From the NCBI GenBank assembly GCA_963739305.1, contig CAVTZU010000013.1, positions 94,008-158,007 on the forward strand: a DNA stretch of 64,000 nucleotides, read 5' to 3'. The stretch is from Candidatus Bathyarchaeota archaeon (GTDB taxonomy: Archaea > Thermoproteota > Bathyarchaeia > Bathyarchaeales > Bathycorpusculaceae). Made by a program: the position numbers and the translations under genes. Shown here one piece after another: positions 58,683 through 64,000 of the stretch (position 1 is its first letter; each line of letters begins with the position of its first letter). Below the pieces are notes generated by a model that was given only the letters and a program-made list of their open reading frames with translations, was not told where the DNA came from and searched no databases.

Positions 58683-58886
58683 TTATAGCGAGCGCGTGTG
58701 CGCGTGTCTTTCTGAATGCAATTGTCCACCCGTTGCCCAATTGCTCTTTGGCGCTTCATAAATGACGATCTCGACTGCTTCCTTGGGAACTCCTAAATCT
58801 TCAAACACTTTAGTTATCCCTTCGACTGTTTTCTTCTTGTTCTCAGGGCTCATGCCCTCCCAAACAGAAACTTGAACTATTGGCAT
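58683..58886 (-). CDS. 4-oxalocrotonate tautomerase family protein
   Basis: Catalytic Pro1 (MPIV), ..NWATGG. Confidence 0.88.
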   Translation of the reverse strand: MPIVQVSVWEGMSPENKKKTVEGITKVFEDLGVPKEAVEIVIYEAPKSNWATGGQLHSERHAHTRSL

Positions 58887-58943
58887 TTCATTTTTCCTTC
58901 AAATAACACTGCTATTTCGCCTAATTAATATAGTGCGCGCGCG

Positions 58944-59177
58944 AAGGCGACGATAGAGTACCACAGGACGAAGGATATTCTCTATGTGATGAGGTTATTG
59001 GGACACAAGAACATAGCTAATACGTTAATTTACACGCAATTGGTGGAGTTTGAAGACGACGATAAATATTGCACTGCTGTAGCCAATAATGTTCAGGACG
59101 CTAGAAAACTTCTGGAGACCGGTTTTGAATACGTCTGTAGTCAAAAAGATGAGATGTTGTTCAGGAAGAGAAAATAG
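58944..59177 (+). pseudogene. Tyrosine recombinase/integrase C-terminal remnant
   Basis: KATIEYHRTKDILYVMRLLGHKNIANTLIYTQL retains LGH and the catalytic Tyr; the HxxR box and everything upstream are missing. Confidence 0.85.
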
Positions 59178-59189
59178 AATAGCGCGCGC

Positions 59190-59226
59190 GGGAGACATCT
59201 CCATTTGTCCTGGGTTCAAATCCTAG
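59190..59226 (+). repeat. att-like tRNA T-arm fragment downstream of the integrase remnant
   Basis: CTGGG-TTCAAAT-CCTAG hairpin; 59190-59219 matches 61354-61383 at 22/30. Confidence 0.55.
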
Positions 59227-59350
59227 TGTCCATAAAAGGTTGACGTCGTCGGCGACTTCTAAGAGGCGTTGTTTTATTGTTACAATTTCAACGGAAGATT
59301 CTTCCACAAATCATAAGAATGAAAATAGATGATGTAACAAATGATGCAAA

Positions 59351-60178
59351 ATGAACCGAAAACTTGTTTTCATGTTGACCTTGACGCTTCTCGTGGGCAC
59401 GTCAAAGGTGGCTTTTGACATGCGACCAGTTGAAGCCCAGACAGAGCCAACAATCTATATTACAGCTGACGGAAGCGTCGACCCACCAACAGCACCAATT
59501 CGACGAGATGGAGACCTCTATACATTGACAGGCGATATTTCTTACGATATTGAGCAGGAGAGAGATTACCACATAGGGGTGTGGAGGGATAACATTGTAA
59601 TTGATGGTGCAGGCTTCACCCTTCGAGGTCCTTATCAAGGAAGCGGAATAGGAATCTACCTACAAGATAGAAACAATGTAACAATCAAGAATATGGGAAT
59701 TAAATGGTTCAGCAGTGGCATTGCTCTCTCTTCTTCTTCAAACATCACCGTTTCTAACAACGAAATAATACTCTGCAACAACGGCATCGGAATCAGTTAT
59801 TCTTCATACAACAACATATTTGGAAACAACATAACAAACACCATACGGTTCTATGACCAGTCTTCAAATAACAGGTTTTACCATAACAACTTGGGGAGCC
59901 TTGTATATATTGTCAGCGATTCACCAAACATTTGGGATGACGGTTATCCTTCAGGTGGAAACTATTGGAGCGACTACAATGGAACTGATGCAAACCATGA
60001 TGGCATAGGCGACACTGCGTATGTAATTGATGCAAACAACACAGACCATTATCCACTTATGACCTCATACATCATTCCAGAGTTTCCAATATTCCTCATC
60101 TTGCCATTGTTCATGATGGTGACGTTACTGGCAGTCGTAGTCTACACAAGAAAAAACAAGATAAATGACCTGATGTAA
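59351..60178 (+). CDS. NosD-like parallel beta-helix surface protein with PEF-CTERM
   Basis: Signal peptide, IYITADGSVDP, Asn-rich beta-helix repeats, GGNYWSDY..DGIGD, IPEFP + TM + basic tail. Confidence 0.85.
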   Translation: MNRKLVFMLTLTLLVGTSKVAFDMRPVEAQTEPTIYITADGSVDPPTAPIRRDGDLYTLTGDISYDIEQERDYHIGVWRDNIVIDGAGFTLRGPYQGSGIGIYLQDRNNVTIKNMGIKWFSSGIALSSSSNITVSNNEIILCNNGIGISYSSYNNIFGNNITNTIRFYDQSSNNRFYHNNLGSLVYIVSDSPNIWDDGYPSGGNYWSDYNGTDANHDGIGDTAYVIDANNTDHYPLMTSYIIPEFPIFLILPLFMMVTLLAVVVYTRKNKINDLM

Positions 60179-60179
60179 G

Positions 60180-61154
60180 ATGAGTAGAAAACTTGTTTTA
60201 ACAACGTTTTTCTTAACCGTTCTCATTGGCACGTTAGGTCTATCATTTGAAGTTCAGACAGTCGAAGCATCTGGAACAATTTACATTAGGGCTGACGGAA
60301 GCATAGACCCACCAACAGCACCAATTTCCACAGTAGATAATATTACCTACATTCTGACTGGCAACGTTACCAGTGATGGTGATGGAATTGTCGTGGAGAG
60401 AAACGACGTAACGATAGACGGAGTAGGCCACGCTATCCAAGGCACTGGAGTCTTTCCGTACAGAGGAATAGACCTGACAGAAAAAAGCAACGTGACGATC
60501 AAGAGCATCAACGTTAGGGCATTCTGGATCGGCATCAACATCAATTCCTCTAGCGAAAACAGTATCAGTGAAAATTACATAATAGGAACCACGACAGCAG
60601 ATGGATTAGGCATCAAGCTCGGCGGTTTTTCTTCAAACAACACTATCTATGGCAACGCCGTGACAAACATCGAGTGGGGAATCGAGCTCGGTCGTTCTTC
60701 AAACAACAACGTAACCGGAAACAACATGACAAACTGCTGGGGTGGCATCAAGCTAGGCGATTCTTCAAACAACACGCTAACCAGGAATAAAATGGCAAAC
60801 AACCAGATCGGCATCGAGTTCATGAACTCCTCAGACAATACTATATACTCTAATAACTTCGTCGACAACATAGCGCGTCAAGCATACATATACAGCTACG
60901 TGTCAAACAATGTCTGGGACAACAGCTATCCTTCTGGCGGAAACTATTGGAGCAATTATACAGGCGTTGATGCAAACCATGACGGCATAGGTGACACCCC
61001 ATACATCATCGACGCAAACAACACAGACCACTACCCACTCATGACCTCATACATCATTCCAGAGTTTCCCTCATTCCTCATTCTACCGTTATTGTTCATA
61101 GCAACACTACTTGCACTCATAATCTACAGAAGAAAAAATCCTCAAAATGAGTGA
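60180..61154 (+). CDS. NosD-like parallel beta-helix surface protein with PEF-CTERM (paralog)
   Basis: IYIRADGSIDP, GGNYWSNY..DGIGD, IPEFP + TM + RRK. Confidence 0.85.
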   Translation: MSRKLVLTTFFLTVLIGTLGLSFEVQTVEASGTIYIRADGSIDPPTAPISTVDNITYILTGNVTSDGDGIVVERNDVTIDGVGHAIQGTGVFPYRGIDLTEKSNVTIKSINVRAFWIGININSSSENSISENYIIGTTTADGLGIKLGGFSSNNTIYGNAVTNIEWGIELGRSSNNNVTGNNMTNCWGGIKLGDSSNNTLTRNKMANNQIGIEFMNSSDNTIYSNNFVDNIARQAYIYSYVSNNVWDNSYPSGGNYWSNYTGVDANHDGIGDTPYIIDANNTDHYPLMTSYIIPEFPSFLILPLLFIATLLALIIYRRKNPQNE

Positions 61155-61353
61155 CTGGACTAGGCTAAAAGTTTGGCGCGCACGTTACTTCTCCGGAATA
61201 TTGTTTGCAGGATCGCCATCAGAATGGGACATTAGATTTATTAGTGGTACTGTCGGAGCATGCCAGTTATAGCGAACTGGTTTGACGGTAGGCCGAACAC
61301 GTTAGTGTCAAGTGACCGGAATACATTGATACAGAGAAGAAAAGGAGAGTTGT

Positions 61354-61398
61354 GGGTGATGTCTCCATTAGCCTAGGATTCAACTGTCATCCCTGGCT
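61354..61398 (+). repeat. Degenerate copy of the tRNA-Cys 3' end (attR-like)
   Basis: 61376-61398 GGATTCAACTGTCATCCCTGGCT vs tRNA 55002-55024 GGGTTCAACTCCCATCCCCGGCT, 19/23 identical. Confidence 0.65.
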
Positions 61399-61726
61399 TT
61401 TCAGCATATATCCCCGGTCAGTGGTCGAACCACAGGTCTCTGCATGAACCATGATATCAGCATTCAAACATTCCTACAGGGTTGGGCGGTTGGATTATTT
61501 CCTCGCACCCGCTGAAATCGGCTTGACTTTTTCCCATGGTCTTTTAAATATGAAGAGTTCTGTCGTGCAGAGGGCTTATGAAGTCGCATCGTTGGGGCTG
61601 AGGATTGACGAGCAAATCGTCTTCAAGGAGATTGCCAAGGTTTCATAGGAAATAACGAGTCGTTTGCGCGCTAGGCTGCGCTGAAGAGAATGTTTTAATT
61701 TGTTCATCCCCTTCTTAATCGTCTGT

Positions 61727-62518
61727 ATGGAGCAAGCAGGTTTCAGCGAAGAGCCGAGACGTCAGCCAATCCGGCGAAGCTTCATAGTCATTCTATGGAT
61801 CTCTCTGCTTTTGTTCTCCTCCTTCGTAATCGTATTGCTAGCACAAATCTTCTTGAAACCGCCGATACGTGAGAACATATCAAGTTCAGACTGGAGCGGA
61901 TACGTCGTTTTCTCAGACTCAATGAGCCCTGCGCCTGTGATAAGAAACGTCAGCGCGTCTTGGATCGTTCCAACAGTGACAGTCTCTCGAAGAGACACAT
62001 ACTCGGATGTGTGGATAGGCGTCGGAGGGCAATTTGACAATTCCCTCATTCAAACCGGAACCGAGCAGGACTCAGAAAACGGCAAACCTGTGTATCTAGC
62101 ATGGTACGAGCTTCTGCCCGACTACTCAATTACGATAGTGGCAGTGAACGTGTCAGCGGGAGACACGATGACAGCTTCAATAAGTCTGCTAGATGCTGGA
62201 ACCAACGAATGGCTTGTCGAAATCGCTGATGCCACGAATGGGCAGAGCTTCAGTCAGAGCTTCGTCTATGTTTCATCTCGACTCTCTGCCGAATGGATTG
62301 TCGAGAGGCCCACTGTCAACGATGCCCTGACCACGCTGGCAGACTTCGGGAGCGTAACTTTCACTGACATCAAAGTTTCAACAGATTCCGTTTCTGGAAC
62401 CGCAGCAGATTTTCCATTTTCTCAGGTCACGATGTATGATCGTCAGAACAATCAGCTTGTCACCGTGTCTCAGCTAGCTTCACGTGGAACAACTTTCAAC
62501 GTGGCCTACTTACCTTGA
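61727..62518 (+). CDS. Membrane-anchored G1 glutamic peptidase (eqolisin family)
   Basis: SSDWSGY, VSASWIVP, WIGVGG, LIQTGT (catalytic Q), WYELLP, SAEWIVERP (catalytic E), LADFG. Confidence 0.88.
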   Translation: MEQAGFSEEPRRQPIRRSFIVILWISLLLFSSFVIVLLAQIFLKPPIRENISSSDWSGYVVFSDSMSPAPVIRNVSASWIVPTVTVSRRDTYSDVWIGVGGQFDNSLIQTGTEQDSENGKPVYLAWYELLPDYSITIVAVNVSAGDTMTASISLLDAGTNEWLVEIADATNGQSFSQSFVYVSSRLSAEWIVERPTVNDALTTLADFGSVTFTDIKVSTDSVSGTAADFPFSQVTMYDRQNNQLVTVSQLASRGTTFNVAYLP

Positions 62519-62889
62519 GTGCGTTAAGGGGCGACGTTGGCATCTAGAACGTGTGGAGATAAATTTGAAGGGGAGAAGGAGTGCATCCGCGGACCCGAGG
62601 GAGAAAGGAGAAAATGAAGCGGGGAAAATAAATGTGTTTTGCGGCTTTGCACTCCTTGTCTTTCTTGTTGTGTTCCCTCATTCATTAGATTTGGTTTGTA
62701 ACACCTGAGCGTGCATTTTATAAGTTCTTGAGCAGCCACGTGGAAGACATTGTCCAAAGACTGAAAAAAGGGGTTATGGCATAGATTAGGGTCGACGAAT
62801 ACCGCAAGCCAACACAATGAATCGTCATACTTCTGCCGTAAAGCTCGAATTCGAAAAAGCTAAAAGGTGCTCGGGCAACGTGTAATCTC

Positions 62890-63963
62890 ATGAAATATTC
62901 TTTTAGAATAGGGTCAGTTTGGGGAATTCCCATTGAATTGCACCTGACCTTCATTCTTCTAATAATCGGGGTTCTCGTCCTTTCTTACCCTCAGTTTTAC
63001 CTTTTTGTCCTTGTTTTGTTTCTATTCATCTTCGTCGTTCTGCATGAACTGGCGCATTCGGTCGTTGCGCGTCATTACAGAATTCAGGTGCGGAAAATAG
63101 TTCTTTACCCCATAGGCGGGGCTTCTGAGATTGAGGAGATATTTGATAACCCACGCGTAGAGTGGCGAGTTGCTATCGCTGGGCCTTTGACCAGCTTTGC
63201 GATTGGCGGTTCTCTTCTTGCTATTTCCAGAATTTTCGTCGTAGAAGTGCCGAGAACGGCTCTCGGGTCGTCTCTCTCTACCGTTGGAAGCCTCGCGCTC
63301 GATCTTGGACTGTTGAACTTGTTGCTTGGGGCATTCAACTTGATCCCTGCTTTTCCTATGGATGGAGGCAGAGTTTTCAGGGCTTTTCTGGCGGAACACA
63401 TGAATTTCTCCGATGCGACGATATATGCGGCTTTCTTGGGAAGGTTGTTTGGGATAGTCATGGCCATTGTCGGGTTTATCTTTCCGAGTTACTTTTTGTT
63501 GATCGTCGTAGGGATTTTCGTCTACATTGGCGCTACCGAGGAAGCCGAATCGACCATCGTGTCAACAACGTTGGCGAGAGTGAGAGTCAGAGATGTTATG
63601 TCTTCCGAGGCGGCGACGGTTACTCTTGATGAAACTCTTGACGAGGCTTTGGAGACGATGTTTAAGGCACGGTACCACGATGCCTTGGTGGAGAAGGATA
63701 GTGAGTTGTTGGGAATCGTGACCTGGGATGAGATAATGAAGGTTAAGAAAGAGCAGAGAAGCCTGATGATGATTGAGCAGCTTCCTCTGATTCAGGCTTC
63801 TGTTCTAGCTGACGATGCTGTTCTTGAGGCGCACAAGGTGATGCTTAAACAGAGAATAGACTTGGTTCCAGTGGTTGAGAAGGACAATCCGCGAAAGATC
63901 CTTGGCGCTCTGACGAGCGAAGGAGTTGCCCTTGCATACGAGAAAGCGAAAACCCTCCGATGA
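62890..63963 (+). CDS. Site-2 protease (M50) with tandem CBS domains
   Basis: HELAH, AGP, NLIPAFPMDGGR, C-terminal VRDVMS CBS pair. Confidence 0.92.
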   Translation: MKYSFRIGSVWGIPIELHLTFILLIIGVLVLSYPQFYLFVLVLFLFIFVVLHELAHSVVARHYRIQVRKIVLYPIGGASEIEEIFDNPRVEWRVAIAGPLTSFAIGGSLLAISRIFVVEVPRTALGSSLSTVGSLALDLGLLNLLLGAFNLIPAFPMDGGRVFRAFLAEHMNFSDATIYAAFLGRLFGIVMAIVGFIFPSYFLLIVVGIFVYIGATEEAESTIVSTTLARVRVRDVMSSEAATVTLDETLDEALETMFKARYHDALVEKDSELLGIVTWDEIMKVKKEQRSLMMIEQLPLIQASVLADDAVLEAHKVMLKQRIDLVPVVEKDNPRKILGALTSEGVALAYEKAKTLR

Positions 63964-64000
63964 CTTCAAACTGTAGAGTCGGTGTCGTATTAGCGCGCGC

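Larger units (their letters stand above)
55002..61398. mobile_element. Decayed integrative island at tRNA-Cys
   Basis: tRNA 3'-end direct repeat, integrase remnant, accessory cargo. Confidence 0.55.

Noticed and set aside
59205-59232. Second tRNA gene
   Set aside because: Only a T-arm-like hairpin, with no D arm, anticodon arm or acceptor pairing
61451-61648. 65-aa ORF
   Set aside because: No recognisable motif; lies in eroded island-edge DNA

Overview
Archaeal chromosome segment, probably class Bathyarchaeia. That assignment is an inference from eL38/eL34, Tes, a cohesin-dockerin protein, NosD-like PEF-CTERM proteins and the HdrA/Etf/Nfn content. Left to right: (1) a DapA-family gene and rpl38e; (2) a redox block with NfnAB, a tandem ferredoxin-MvhD protein, TrxB, an HdrD-like protein and an HdrA fused to a cysteine-less MvhD; (3) a complete Etf-linked beta-oxidation cluster plus an acyl-CoA ligase; (4) tetraether synthase tes, purine/nucleoside salvage genes and hypFCD; (5) the rpl22-secY-cmk ribosomal protein cluster, with an Hsp20 gene between rpl30 and rpl15 and a decayed adenylate kinase; (6) radical SAM, GT2, ECF, DNA ligase and MoeB genes; (7) tRNA-Cys followed by an accessory region with an ABC exporter, integrase remnants, att-like copies, two NosD-type surface proteins, a G1 peptidase and a site-2 protease. 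The most unusual non-coding signals are an exact 48-bp inverted repeat 54 kb apart (palindrome plus ORB-like G-string) that appears to bracket a strand-composition gradient, and (GC)4 tracts concentrated at junctions of the accessory region. Four otherwise intact genes carry single +1 frameshifts, probably sequencing errors.
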